Virus record (IMG/VR): IMGVR_UViG_3300045974_000359
Location: 1 to 59,321 of that record
From: a virus
Taxonomy: Duplodnaviria; Caudoviricetes
DNA: 59,321 nt
Strand: one strand, 5' to 3'
Positions 1 through 10,869 of the stretch are shown in pieces. The position numbers and the translations under genes are program-made. Below the pieces are notes generated by a model. That model saw only the letters and a list, made by a program, of their open reading frames with translations. It was not told where the DNA came from and searched no databases. Each line of letters begins with the position of its first letter. Position 1 is the first letter of the stretch.

Positions 1-1
1 A

Positions 2-259
2 AAACCCGCTCCAAAGAAATCTTCAAAAAAGCCTGTCGTTGAAGACGATGAAGATGAAGATGAGGATGAAGAAGATGAGGATGAAGAAGATGAGGATGAA
101 GAAGAAGAGGATGAAAAGCCTGCTCCAAAAAAATCTTCAAAAAAACCTGTAGTTGAAGACGATGATGAGGATGAGGATGAAGACGATGAACCTGCTCCAA
201 AAAAGGGTAAAATGACTATCGAACAAATTAGAGATAGATTGAAAAAAGGTAAAAAATAA
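2..259 (+). CDS. C-terminal fragment of an acidic/Lys-rich repeat protein, probably single-stranded DNA-binding protein (5' end outside window)
   Basis: Open frame KPAPKKSSKKPVVEDDEDED... repeated, ending TAA at 257-259; lies directly upstream of recA, the usual position of ssb in large myoviruses. Confidence 0.5.
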   Translation, partial: KPAPKKSSKKPVVEDDEDEDEDEEDEDEEDEDEEEEDEKPAPKKSSKKPVVEDDDEDEDEDDEPAPKKGKMTIEQIRDRLKKGKK

Positions 260-285
260 TTTTATTTTTAATCAAAGTTAAAAGT

Positions 286-312
286 AGGGTAATGGAAACA
301 TTGCCCTTTTTT
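286..312 (+). terminator. Hairpin plus U-tract between ssb and recA
   Basis: agggtaa-tggaaaca-ttgccct followed by ttttt. Confidence 0.5.
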
Positions 313-330
313 ATTAAACAAATTTATATT

Positions 331-1410
331 ATGAGAAAAATAATTGACCAATTAGTTAAAAAATTTGATTCAGACGATGCTGTAAAATTTTCTGAAAAAG
401 ATAATTTCAAAGAGAATAAATCATGGGCAGTGACGGGAAGTCCTGAACTTGAGTATAATTTAGGAATTTTAGGTTTTCCAACAGGAATAATAGAAATTGC
501 TGGAGTTTCAAGGTCAGGTAAAACTACACTTGGATTATTAGGAATGTCTAATTTTCTAAAAAAAGAAGAACATGGTATAGCAATTATCTTATCCTCAGAG
601 AATAGAGATAATAAAGACTATGCTTTGAAATTAGGAGTTGACCCTGAAAGAGTAATGATTTTAAAAATTAGATATGTTGAAGATATGTTTATGAAAGTAA
701 AGAAAATCATTCAAGATGCTAATCAAATTTATAAAGATGAAAAATTAGGTCAACCAAAATTTTTCTTTTTATGGGATTCATTAGGTGCTACTTTATCAAA
801 AGCTGAAATTGATACTATGGAAGAGAATACTTCAATGATGGAAAAGAAAATGGCTAAAGGTGAGGAGTTAGAAAAAATGAAGCATGAAAAATTAGGTGCT
901 TTTGCTAAACCAGCTAAAATGTTTGCTAAATTTTTAATAGGAGAAATGTATGATAATGTAATACATTTTGTAATCCTAAATCACGTTTATGATACTATGG
1001 GTGGGCCAGTATCTGGTAAAAAATCAGGAGGTGGAAATTGGGTTGAATTCTTACCATGTTTAAGATTAAGAACAACTGTTATAGGGCATGAAAAACTTGA
1101 CGAGGTAGAAGTTGCTCAGTTCAGTGAAATCAAAGTTATAAAGAATGATTTTGGTAGTAGAAAAAAGACTATTGTTGAAATATTGTTAGGTAAAGGATTT
1201 GTTTTATCAGAAGATGATATTGAATTCGCAGTCGAACAAGGTATCATAAAAAAAGAGGGTGCTAAAAAACATGTCTTTGGTAAAGTAACTTGGAATACTA
1301 AAAGAACTTTTTATAACAATTATCATAATGACCCTAAAACTATGGAAATTTTACATAAAAAGGTTCATTCAGCCAGACATAAACAAATTTTACAAGAAAG
1401 AGAAGTTTAG
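331..1410 (+). CDS. recA: RecA/UvsX-like recombinase
   Basis: IIEIAGVSRSGKTT Walker A, FFLWDSLGA Walker B, LGVDPE, KVIKNDF; start moved to ATG 331, after the hairpin. Confidence 0.85.
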   Translation: MRKIIDQLVKKFDSDDAVKFSEKDNFKENKSWAVTGSPELEYNLGILGFPTGIIEIAGVSRSGKTTLGLLGMSNFLKKEEHGIAIILSSENRDNKDYALKLGVDPERVMILKIRYVEDMFMKVKKIIQDANQIYKDEKLGQPKFFFLWDSLGATLSKAEIDTMEENTSMMEKKMAKGEELEKMKHEKLGAFAKPAKMFAKFLIGEMYDNVIHFVILNHVYDTMGGPVSGKKSGGGNWVEFLPCLRLRTTVIGHEKLDEVEVAQFSEIKVIKNDFGSRKKTIVEILLGKGFVLSEDDIEFAVEQGIIKKEGAKKHVFGKVTWNTKRTFYNNYHNDPKTMEILHKKVHSARHKQILQEREV

Positions 1411-1411
1411 T

Positions 1412-2434
1412 ATGAAGCCAATAGCAGTATTTTTAACAGACACTCATTTAAAAGAGAATAACCAAGAATTAATTTTGGATATTTTCAAACAAGCAATTTC
1501 TTTATGTAAGAAGTTAAAAGTGAATAAAATATTCCATGGCGGTGATTTTTTTACAAGTAGGACTTCTCAATCACTTCAGGTTTTGATTTGCTTTTCAAGA
1601 ATTTTAGATTTATTAACTAAAGAAAATATTGAATTAATAGCAATATCAGGCAATCATGATAAAACTAATCAAGATAGTGAAAATTCCTATTTAGATATTT
1701 TCAAACATAGAAAATGTATAACTGTAGTTAGAAAGCAAGAATGTTTTGAGTATAACGATATTACATTTGGTTTTCTACCATTCTTTACAGATAGTTATAA
1801 AGATAGGTTAAAATATATAAAAGATGCTGCTATTGCCTTAAATAATGATTGTAATATCTTAATTACTCATCATGCATTTAATGGTGCTATAAATAATGAT
1901 GGAAGTGTAGTAGATGATTCAAATTCTACTAAATTAGTAAAATTTTGGGATAAAGTTTTAGTTGGACATTATCATGATTCAAATCATTTTTCAAACATAT
2001 ATTATACAGGTTCATTATATCAAGCAAATTTTGGAGAAAGAATAGATGATAAAGGATTTACTATAATTTATGATAATGGCGAGATTGATTTTGAGCCGTC
2101 AAAGTTTCCTAAATATATCAAAGTGAAACTAAATGTATCAGATGATGTTGATAATGAAATAGAGATGTTCGCTTCAAAAGGTGATAATGTTAGATTTATT
2201 TTTTCTGGAGATAAAACCGATATTCATAAAATTGATAGACAAAAATTAGATGCCGTTGGAATAGATGTAAAATTTGAGTTAAATGAAGTCAATGAAGAAA
2301 TATTAAAAGTTGAGCAAGGTGATTTTTCATCAATGTCTAAAAAGAACATTTTATCTTATTTTAAAGAATATTGTGAAATTCAAGAAATTGATAAAGATAA
2401 AATATCAAAAGGTTTAAAGCATTTAATAAAATGA
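1412..2434 (+). CDS. SbcD/Mre11-like metallophosphoesterase (T4 gp47-like)
   Basis: Motifs TDTHL, GGDFF, SGNHD, THH, GHYH, YTGS; adjacent to SbcC-like ATPase. Confidence 0.9.
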   Translation: MKPIAVFLTDTHLKENNQELILDIFKQAISLCKKLKVNKIFHGGDFFTSRTSQSLQVLICFSRILDLLTKENIELIAISGNHDKTNQDSENSYLDIFKHRKCITVVRKQECFEYNDITFGFLPFFTDSYKDRLKYIKDAAIALNNDCNILITHHAFNGAINNDGSVVDDSNSTKLVKFWDKVLVGHYHDSNHFSNIYYTGSLYQANFGERIDDKGFTIIYDNGEIDFEPSKFPKYIKVKLNVSDDVDNEIEMFASKGDNVRFIFSGDKTDIHKIDRQKLDAVGIDVKFELNEVNEEILKVEQGDFSSMSKKNILSYFKEYCEIQEIDKDKISKGLKHLIK

Positions 2435-2733
2435 TAAAAATAAACAATATTTTTACAGTTGGAGATGGTTATTATTCAGGTGAAAGAATTTTATTACTTT
2501 GGATTAATAAATCAAAAAATATATCTATGTTTGGTAAAAGATTTACTCAAGCGAATGGTAGATTAATAAAAAACAATAAAAGAATAAATGTTATTTTAGA
2601 ATTTTTAAAAGATGATGATTCAACTGATTATACCTTATTGGCTAAAATTGATTTGATAAGAAAAATAAAAAGAAAAGATTTAAAGGCAAAAAAAGAATAC
2701 ATTTTGCGTTACAAAAAACTACCAAAATTCTAA
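2431..2733 (+). CDS. Hypothetical basic protein
   Basis: Translationally coupled ORF between the nuclease subunits. Confidence 0.5.
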   Translation: MIKINNIFTVGDGYYSGERILLLWINKSKNISMFGKRFTQANGRLIKNNKRINVILEFLKDDDSTDYTLLAKIDLIRKIKRKDLKAKKEYILRYKKLPKF

Positions 2734-2736
2734 ATT

Positions 2737-4662
2737 ATGTGGCAACCAAATACGCTAAAGATTGAAAATTTAATAACTCATGAGAACACTACATTCAAAT
2801 TAAAAAAGAATAAGTGTATCATGATTTTCGGCATTAATTCTACTGATTCAGGCTCTGATAGTAACGGTGGAGGAAAATCTACTGTTTTAGAGGGTATAAC
2901 ATTAGCATTGACGGGTGAAACTAATAGAGATGTTTCAAAAGATGAATTTATCAGAGATGGTGAAGATGAATGTTATATTGAAATGGATTTATCTAATGAA
3001 GTTGGATTAGTAAATTCATTGACTATTAAAAGATGGTTTTTTAGAAAAAAATCTTCAAAAATAGAAATATGGGAAAATGGAGAACGAAACAAAGAAATAA
3101 CTTCAGTCAATGAAGCAAACAAAAGAGTTTTTGAATTAATAGGTTTAAATAAAGAGGACTTACTACACTTTTTTATGGTAGGTCAAGAAACAAATTATTC
3201 ATTTTTAACAGCTAATGATGGAGACAAAAAGGATATAATTTCCAGATTTTCAGACATAGAATTTATTAATGAAAAAATAGAAAAATTAAAACTTGAAAGA
3301 AAGTCCTTGGAATTAGAATTAATCGACAACTCCAGACTAATACAAAAGGTTGAAAATAAGATTGAGTTTTTAAACGATAGAAAAAATGAACTTAATGATA
3401 ATTTTGAAAAAGAAAATAATGAAAAAATTGAATCATTAAAATTAAAAATTTCTAAAGAGAAAAATAACAAAAAATCAAAGCAGAGTGAAATTGATGATTT
3501 AGATTTAAAAATTAAAAAATTCAATAATGATTTAGATTCATTAAAATTAGAAGACATATCTGAACTAAAAATAAAATTATCTAAAAACAACAAAAAGTCA
3601 AAAACTTTTGAAAAAGATATTGATGAGGCAGAACATACTATATCACATCTTGAGGCTATATATGAAGGCAAAATAACTTGTCCATCATGTAGTCATGAGT
3701 TTAATCCATCTGAGGATATTGAGGTTTCAGAAATTCCTACTTTAATTGAACAATCAAATAATATAATTTTAGAACTTACTAATCAAAAGCAAGTCGTAGA
3801 ACAACGAATTAAAAGTTTGAATGAAAAGATAAAATTAAATGAAGAAATTGAAGACAAAATTTCTGATTTAAAAAGGAAAATAAAAAGAAGTCAAACTGAA
3901 CTTGAAAGTTTAAAGGATGATTTAAAATCTTTTGATAAAAAGATAAAAAACATTGAAAGTCAGATTGAAGATTTAAAATCAAATTCTATTGATTCTGAAT
4001 TAGAAAAATTAGATTCAGATATAAAACAACAGAAAAAAGATTTTAAGAAAATAAAACTTGAAAAAGATGTTATTGATTTAAAAATTTTAGATATAGATTT
4101 TTGGATTTATCATTTTGGTAAAAAAGGATTTTTAACTTTTTTAACCAATAAGTCAATCAAATCAATTGAGGGAATAACTAACAGTTATTTGAAACAAATG
4201 AATTCAGAATTACAAATTTTGATAGATGGTTACACGGCTTTAAAAACTGGCGACATACGTGAGAAAATAAATATTTCTATAATAAGAAACGGACTTCAAG
4301 TTGCGAGTTTTAACAGATACTCAGGCGGTGAAAAAGGTAGGATAAAATTAGCAAATATTCTTGGACTTCAACATTTAATAAATTTGACAGCTAAAAATGG
4401 CGGTTTGAATTTTCTTGGACTTGATGAAGTTTTCGAGGGGTTGGATAGAACTGGTCAAATTGATGTTTTAAATATTTTAGAAAACTTAAAAGTGACATCT
4501 TTAGTTATCACTCACAGAAACCAACCCATTGGAGCATCAAACGAAATTTTCATAGAAAAAATAAATGGAATAAGTAGAATAGTAGATAAAAATTTTATAA
4601 ATTTACCACATGAAAAAAGTATCAAAAGCAAAATTAGAAAAATTAGAGAACAAGGCAAATAG
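2737..4662 (+). CDS. SbcC/Rad50-like ATPase (T4 gp46-like)
   Basis: NGGGKST Walker A, coiled coils, CPSC zinc hook, YSGGE signature, LDEVF Walker B. Confidence 0.92.
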   Translation: MWQPNTLKIENLITHENTTFKLKKNKCIMIFGINSTDSGSDSNGGGKSTVLEGITLALTGETNRDVSKDEFIRDGEDECYIEMDLSNEVGLVNSLTIKRWFFRKKSSKIEIWENGERNKEITSVNEANKRVFELIGLNKEDLLHFFMVGQETNYSFLTANDGDKKDIISRFSDIEFINEKIEKLKLERKSLELELIDNSRLIQKVENKIEFLNDRKNELNDNFEKENNEKIESLKLKISKEKNNKKSKQSEIDDLDLKIKKFNNDLDSLKLEDISELKIKLSKNNKKSKTFEKDIDEAEHTISHLEAIYEGKITCPSCSHEFNPSEDIEVSEIPTLIEQSNNIILELTNQKQVVEQRIKSLNEKIKLNEEIEDKISDLKRKIKRSQTELESLKDDLKSFDKKIKNIESQIEDLKSNSIDSELEKLDSDIKQQKKDFKKIKLEKDVIDLKILDIDFWIYHFGKKGFLTFLTNKSIKSIEGITNSYLKQMNSELQILIDGYTALKTGDIREKINISIIRNGLQVASFNRYSGGEKGRIKLANILGLQHLINLTAKNGGLNFLGLDEVFEGLDRTGQIDVLNILENLKVTSLVITHRNQPIGASNEIFIEKINGISRIVDKNFINLPHEKSIKSKIRKIREQGK

Positions 4663-5152
4663 AATAGCTGAATTAAAAATGGCTAAAGTTGCTACTAAAA
4701 AGAATATTTTAGGCATAGACCAGGCAACAAAGTGTGGAATAGCATATGAGTTAGTTGGAAGTAAACCTAAATCAGAACTATGGTTACTTGAAATAAGGAA
4801 TAAAGAGAGCCAAGGTATGAAGTGGCTGAGGTTTGAATCTAAATTAAAGAATTTCATAGTTATTAATAAAATCGAAGTTATAGCATATGAACTTCCAGCA
4901 GGTAGAAATATCAATCCAATAATACATTCATCTAAACTAATTTGCATAATTGAAAAGTTATGTGCTGAGATGAATTTGGAGTACATAGAACTATCTACAG
5001 GTTCAATCAAAAAGTTTGCGACAGGAAATGGTAACGCTAAAAAAGATTTGATGGTTGAGTTTGCTAAAAAATTATGGGCATACGATGGAGAGGATGATAA
5101 TGAAGCAGATGCGTTACATATTTTACATTATTTGAAAACAAAAATAAATTAA
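4610..5152 (+). CDS. RuvC-like Holliday junction resolvase
   Basis: ILGID, IAYE, IKKFATGNGNAKK, DNEADA motifs. Confidence 0.85.
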   Translation: MKKVSKAKLEKLENKANRIAELKMAKVATKKNILGIDQATKCGIAYELVGSKPKSELWLLEIRNKESQGMKWLRFESKLKNFIVINKIEVIAYELPAGRNINPIIHSSKLICIIEKLCAEMNLEYIELSTGSIKKFATGNGNAKKDLMVEFAKKLWAYDGEDDNEADALHILHYLKTKIN

Positions 5153-5158
5153 TATAAA

Positions 5159-5461
5159 ATGGCTGATAATTACAATTTTTACGATGAAGAAACAGGAGAA
5201 AAATTTTGTATAAGTAATTTCAAAATGGTTCATAGAGATGGTAAATGGATTAATGTTGACAATAGAGGTGAACAAATAATTAATCCTAAAAACAAAAACG
5301 TTTTGAAAGATATACCTAAAGAGGGTATTCCAAACTTCAATAAAAGTAATAATAAAGAAACGTTACAGAAGATGCTTAAAAAAAGGTCACAAGACCATTT
5401 CAAAAAAGAAATTGAAGAAGTAAAGCATGAGAAAAATAAAAAATTAAATAGCCAACAATAA
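5159..5461 (+). CDS. Hypothetical protein
   Basis: Coupled ORF with an A-rich start context. Confidence 0.5.
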   Translation: MADNYNFYDEETGEKFCISNFKMVHRDGKWINVDNRGEQIINPKNKNVLKDIPKEGIPNFNKSNNKETLQKMLKKRSQDHFKKEIEEVKHEKNKKLNSQQ

Positions 5462-5473
5462 TACAGATGAATT

Positions 5474-6103
5474 ATGAGTTTTTCAATTTTTAATAATGAT
5501 ATTCCTTATCATAAATACAATAACAGAAAAGTTATTAATAAAATCAAAATCATTAGAATGCTTTTGGATAAAAATCCAAAATCAAGGAAAATTGAAAAAC
5601 TAAAATTTCAAATTTATTTAATGATGAAAAATTTGATTGTTAAAAATATTAATAATTATCTAAAATATAGTCAAAATTCATCTGTCGCTGATATGGCTAA
5701 TACTTCATTAGAAATGGAAGCAGAGGCATATATAATTGTAGATAATTGTATTAAACAATTTCAATATAAATATGATTTTTACTTTTATCTTAACAAGGCT
5801 TTATCCAGAAACTTTTACAGAATGTTCGACAAAGATAAAAGGATGAATGATAAAGACATCATTTACAAAAGTGGACTTTATCATAGAAGTAAAGATAATT
5901 TTGCTTCAAATAATTTTGAAATTGACATATTTAATTTAGGATTAGATGGAGATGAAATGATTGTTTTAAGGTCAAAGATGAATGATGAAACTAAAGATAT
6001 GTTTACAAAAAACAATCCTAAATTTCCAATGTCAAGATACTATACATGTATAAAGAAAATAAAAAATTTATTAACAAGTTTAAAAGAAAACGATGAGTTA
6101 TAA
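5474..6103 (+). CDS. Putative phage RNA polymerase sigma factor
   Basis: Sigma region-2-like segment (EMEAEAYIIVDNCIKQF...FYFYLNKALSRNF) and a helical C-terminus resembling region 4; typical size. Confidence 0.55.
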   Translation: MSFSIFNNDIPYHKYNNRKVINKIKIIRMLLDKNPKSRKIEKLKFQIYLMMKNLIVKNINNYLKYSQNSSVADMANTSLEMEAEAYIIVDNCIKQFQYKYDFYFYLNKALSRNFYRMFDKDKRMNDKDIIYKSGLYHRSKDNFASNNFEIDIFNLGLDGDEMIVLRSKMNDETKDMFTKNNPKFPMSRYYTCIKKIKNLLTSLKENDEL

Positions 6104-6407
6104 ACAAAGAATATTAGACATCCAATTTTTAGTATCGCAAGGATATTCAATTGTGGAAATAGAAATAAATGAGAAATCTCATTTTTTTCAAACGAATGAT
6201 TTTGAACCACCAAGTATTGGTTCAGTAATGTCTGCTCCATATCTAACTTTCAAAGGTATTGATATAACAGAATTTATTGATAATTCAGGATTTAATCAAG
6301 CGAGTACTGAACTTTATAAAGAAAGATTTAACAATTTAGTTAATTCTGGAAAGCAACAAATTTCTTTTAAATTTTCAGATAAACATGTTTGGAGGTTTTT
6401 TAATTAA
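6093..6407 (+). CDS. Hypothetical protein
   Basis: Coupled ORF. Confidence 0.5.
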   Translation: MSYKQRILDIQFLVSQGYSIVEIEINEKSHFFQTNDFEPPSIGSVMSAPYLTFKGIDITEFIDNSGFNQASTELYKERFNNLVNSGKQQISFKFSDKHVWRFFN

Positions 6408-6422
6408 ATAAAAATTTTTTTT

Positions 6423-7904
6423 ATGGAATATAGTGTCTATCAATCTGACATTTTTGATGAAATCATCAATGGAAAAAATAATATTGTAATATCAGCTGTA
6501 GCTGGAAGTGGTAAAACTACTACAATACAAGAAAGTTTAAAAATAATACCTAAAGACTCAGATTCAATCTATATGGCTTTCAATAATAATATTGTTGAAG
6601 AAATGAAATCAAGATTGAAAAATACCAAAACATTAATTTCTACAATGCATAGTTTTGGTTGGAGAGCAATAATGAAATCTACAAATTTTAAGGCTAAATT
6701 AAATAAATCAAAATCTTATAAATATATTGATATTTGTTTGAAGAAAAATAATATTGTTGATGAAAAATTAAAATCATATTATTTTTATATGATGTCTGGA
6801 ATGTTAGATTTGATACGACAAAATTTAGTATCAGACTTTGATGATATTATATCTTTGGGAATGAAATATGATTTTCTTTTAGGTGAAGATGACGTTATGA
6901 TGCTATCAGAAACTCTTCAAATGATGAATAAAGATAAAAGAGAGTTTGATTTTACCGATATGATTTATAGAGTAATTGTTGATAAAATAAGACTTCCAAA
7001 ATATGATTTTATATTCGTAGATGAGAGTCAAGACCTTTCAAAATGTCAACAAGAAATTATATCAAAAATAAAAAAGATTAATGGTAGAATGATTGCTGTT
7101 GGAGACCCATCTCAAGCAATTTATGGGTTTGCTGGTTCTGATAATAATTCGTATGATAATTTAAAAAATATGTTTCCAAACACTATTGAATTACCATTAT
7201 CAGTTAATTATCGTTGCGGCAAAGAAATCGTAAAAGAAGCACAAAAAATCAATGACCAAATTTTACCATTCTCAAAGAATAAAAATGGAATTGTTAGAAA
7301 TGGAGTTGTTACTGAAATAATAAATTCAGATTGGGTTTTATGTAGAAACTTAAAACCATTAGTTCAACTCAATTTATTCCTATTAGACAAGAAAACAAAA
7401 TCATTTATAAAAGGATATGATATTGGAGTAGGTTTAACCAGACTATTAGATAAATCAACCAAATCAAGAGTTGATAATGCTATAAAATCTTATGAAAATG
7501 AGATACTTAAAGAGATGGTTAAGATGAAGAAAAAAGGTGTTAGAAATCCTAAAAATTCTGAGAAAATAGATAATATGAATCAGAAATTAGAAATATTAAA
7601 AATACTTTCAAAAGACTTACTTTTTACAAAAGACCTTATAAAAAGAATAAAAGAAATCTTCAAAGAAAGTGGAGAGGGTGTTATGTTATCTACAATACAT
7701 AAAGCAAAAGGTATGGAAAATAATAGAATTTTCTTTTTATTACCAAACTTAATACCTAACCAATTTGCTACTCAATCTTGGCAAATTCAACAAGAACATA
7801 ACTTGATGTACGTTGCTATCACCAGAGCCAAAAATGAATTGATTTATCTAAATGAAGATGAATTCAAACCTGTAAAAGATAAAATAAAAGAACTTATAAA
7901 ATGA
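6423..7904 (+). CDS. UvrD/Rep-family SF1 helicase
   Basis: AVAGSGKTT, VDESQD, VGDPSQAIYGFAG, NYRC, STIHKAKGME, YVAITRAK. Confidence 0.93.
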   Translation: MEYSVYQSDIFDEIINGKNNIVISAVAGSGKTTTIQESLKIIPKDSDSIYMAFNNNIVEEMKSRLKNTKTLISTMHSFGWRAIMKSTNFKAKLNKSKSYKYIDICLKKNNIVDEKLKSYYFYMMSGMLDLIRQNLVSDFDDIISLGMKYDFLLGEDDVMMLSETLQMMNKDKREFDFTDMIYRVIVDKIRLPKYDFIFVDESQDLSKCQQEIISKIKKINGRMIAVGDPSQAIYGFAGSDNNSYDNLKNMFPNTIELPLSVNYRCGKEIVKEAQKINDQILPFSKNKNGIVRNGVVTEIINSDWVLCRNLKPLVQLNLFLLDKKTKSFIKGYDIGVGLTRLLDKSTKSRVDNAIKSYENEILKEMVKMKKKGVRNPKNSEKIDNMNQKLEILKILSKDLLFTKDLIKRIKEIFKESGEGVMLSTIHKAKGMENNRIFFLLPNLIPNQFATQSWQIQQEHNLMYVAITRAKNELIYLNEDEFKPVKDKIKELIK

Positions 7905-8380
7905 TAGAATTACAATTATGGACAGATGGTAGTTGTAATAACAATCCTAAACACGCAAGTCACGGAATAGGCGGTTGGGCTTTTATAATTTTAGATGCTA
8001 ATGGCAAAACTTTATATGAAGATTTAGGATATACTCATAATACATCATCTTCAAGAATGGAGCAAACGGCTGTATTAAAAGGCTTGAGATTTTTAAAAAA
8101 GATTTACAAAGAACAAAGTATAAAGATTGAGATTTACTCAGACAGTGCTTATGTTGTAAATTGCTTTAAAGACAGATGGTTTGAAAGATGGATTGAAATA
8201 GAATTTTTAGGAATAAAGAATTCAGATTTATGGATAAAAATTTTAAACTTTAGAGGTGATAGAAAATTCAAAATGAACTTCAATCATGTAAAAGGACACT
8301 CTGGAATAGAGAATAATGAAAGATGTGATTTTTTAGCTGGAGAGGCAAGAAAATACTATTTAGAAATTTTACAAAGTTAA
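7901..8380 (+). CDS. rnhA: Ribonuclease HI
   Basis: TDGSC, RME, SDSAYV, KNSDLW, HVKGHSG..NERCD. Confidence 0.92.
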   Translation: MIELQLWTDGSCNNNPKHASHGIGGWAFIILDANGKTLYEDLGYTHNTSSSRMEQTAVLKGLRFLKKIYKEQSIKIEIYSDSAYVVNCFKDRWFERWIEIEFLGIKNSDLWIKILNFRGDRKFKMNFNHVKGHSGIENNERCDFLAGEARKYYLEILQS

Positions 8381-8390
8381 TTAATGTAAA
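8371..8390 (+). promoter_or_regulatory. Class A phage promoter-like motif ACAAAGTTA-N5-7-TAAA (representative copy)
   Basis: Same motif recurs at gene boundaries at 11114, 15101, 17265/17278, 23678 and 30622; variants at 272, 19979, 25467 and 33645. Confidence 0.6.
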
Positions 8391-8405
8391 TAAATAAATT
8401 TAATC

Positions 8406-10319
8406 ATGGGAACAAGAGAACAAGAATTCAAGTTAAAAGATGGTAGAACAATATTTAAAACTCATAATGGTTTCAAATATTTCGCTGAAGACAAAAAGGG
8501 TGAAGTTTTAGAAGTTGAAGAAAAATATTGGAAACAAGCCTGGCAAAATCGGATTAAATAATGATTGAGGATATAATTCTAACTTTAGATAAAATTTTTG
8601 AAAATATTATTTTTGATTTAGAAGAACATACATTTGGAGACAATACTACTAAATTTTGTATAATAGTAGGTGACTTTGAATTCTATATGAAAGATAAAAA
8701 ATTCAAGAAATGGTGCGATATTTTAAGAAAAAAATATCCAAAAGTAAAGTGGTTTTGTGCCTATAAAAACATAAAGTAATATGACTGTAAACGAAGTAAA
8801 TACAATTCAAGATTTAATGAATTTAGATATTGAATTAAAATTTGGAGAAAACTTCATGACGTTAGTTAAAGATTATTCATCTTTGGTAGTCATAGAATTT
8901 CCAGAAGAGGGTTTCAATCTAACTAATTTGATAAAAGAAAAGGTTAGAAAAAATATTGATATGATTGACTCAGATAATTATATTGATACCAGAGACCGTT
9001 TGCCGATATTAAAAGAAATCCTAAATACAATCTAAATGGAAATATTAGATAAAATCAGACAAGATTTAATTTCTGAAAAATCATCTGGCGTAGTTATAGT
9101 TCATGCTTGTCCTAAAACAATTCATCAAATCATTAATGATATAAATAATTCTTATGGAGGTATGATAGATTTTTCTTCATCTGTAAAGAGAAACGAATTC
9201 AAATTTGAGCTTGATAAATTAACTCTTCAATTTGTTCATAATTCTTATATTGAAGAAAATCATTACAAATTAATTCCTAACAGATATTACAATTCAATTC
9301 AAAGAATAGATAAAACTAATTTTGGATTAATATCAATTTACAATCCTGAAAATAAAGATACTTTATCAACAACTAAAGATTGTATTAATTTTTGTATTGC
9401 TAAAAATATAGATTTTAATTTTGTAAGTGACGAAATAGAAAATCAAAAAATACCATTTACAAAGATATATACTAAAAATCCTTACAAATACGTTTTTGAA
9501 AAATTAGGAGTAAATAAAAACTCAATCGACATAGCTGGAGATATTGCTCTGAAAATGTTAAACGAAAAAATTGAAAGAATAACTAACTATTATACATACA
9601 AACCGTCATGGCTAAACAATTAACAAAAAGAGAATTACAAAATTTAGAAATTGGTTCAATCGTAACTGAAAAACTTTTTAATGAAACTTATCATTTAAAA
9701 GTCGAAAAAATTGAAAGCGAGAAAATATTGACTTATCATATGGTTGATATTAATTCTAAAAAAAGAGGTAAACTTGTTGTTGCTGAAAATTTTAATAAAG
9801 AGGGTGACCGAAAATATAAGTCATCAAATGGTAGTGTAATTGTAAAATATTATGAATATGTTGAATCAGCTGACTAACATTATTGGAAATATAACTTTAT
9901 ATGTAGCAATCGGTTTTGCTATAAGTAAAATGTTTTCAATAATAAATTTCAAAGTCCTATCTTATTTACAAAAAAGAAAATCTGAAAAAGAAAAAAGGAA
10001 TAGATTGAATTCATTTTATACTAAAATAAAATTGAATCATAAAGAGTTAAAACCATTTTTAATTTCATTAAATCAAATGATTAATGAGATAATGTCTCAA
10101 GACCTAACTCAAGCAGAACTTAATAGAGTTTTAAGTGGTTATCATTTATATCAAGACATTTTTGATAGAATAGTTGAAGGCAAAGGGGTTGAAGAAAATG
10201 ATTTAATATACTTTGCTGAATTACATGTTAATTATACCGATTTTGTAAAAAATTGGAAAAAGATGAAAAAGGATGAATTTTATTCAAAAAATAAATTCTT
10301 TGACATAAGTCTAAACTAA
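8406..10319 (+). CDS. Cluster of small hypothetical ORFs (8406-8561, 8561-8779, 8781-9035, 9036-9623, 9608-9877, 9852-10319)
   Basis: Tightly packed, translationally coupled ORFs; the last has an N-terminal TM helix. Confidence 0.55.
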
Positions 10320-10329
10320 AACAAAAATT

Positions 10330-10869
10330 ATGAAATTTAGAATTTGTATTGAAAACAAAAATTCTTTAGAATTAAAAGAAATTAGATTTTGGAAAATCTA
10401 TTTAGTTTTAACAGCCTTTATAACTTTAGGATATTTATTTGGTTCATTAACTAATCATCCAAATAGAATAGAAAAATTCATTTACAATGAAAAGGTTATA
10501 TTGGATAAATACAATGAGAAATTCTCTCAATCCAGATTAGAAAAATTATTGCTGAAACTAAAAGTAAAGCATATTGATATCGTAATGGCTCAATCTAAAA
10601 TAGAAACAGGAAACTATAAATCAAAAGTGTTCTTGGAAAATAATAATCTATTTGGAATGAGACAATCTCAACAAAGAGTTACAACATCAACAGGAACTAA
10701 TTTGAATCACGCCACTTATGACTCTTGGCAAGAAAGCGTAATTGATTATGCTATTTATCAGAGTACCTACTTGAAACAATACGATAGGAATCAATATTTA
10801 GCATATTTACAAGCAAACTATGCCGAAAGTAAAGATTATGTTAATCTTATAAAAAGAATAACGAGATGA
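10330..10869 (+). CDS. Membrane-anchored glucosaminidase-family (GH73-like) muralytic enzyme
   Basis: N-terminal TM helix; AQSKIETG, NNLFGM, YDSWQES, YAES motifs. Confidence 0.8.
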   Translation: MKFRICIENKNSLELKEIRFWKIYLVLTAFITLGYLFGSLTNHPNRIEKFIYNEKVILDKYNEKFSQSRLEKLLLKLKVKHIDIVMAQSKIETGNYKSKVFLENNNLFGMRQSQQRVTTSTGTNLNHATYDSWQESVIDYAIYQSTYLKQYDRNQYLAYLQANYAESKDYVNLIKRITR

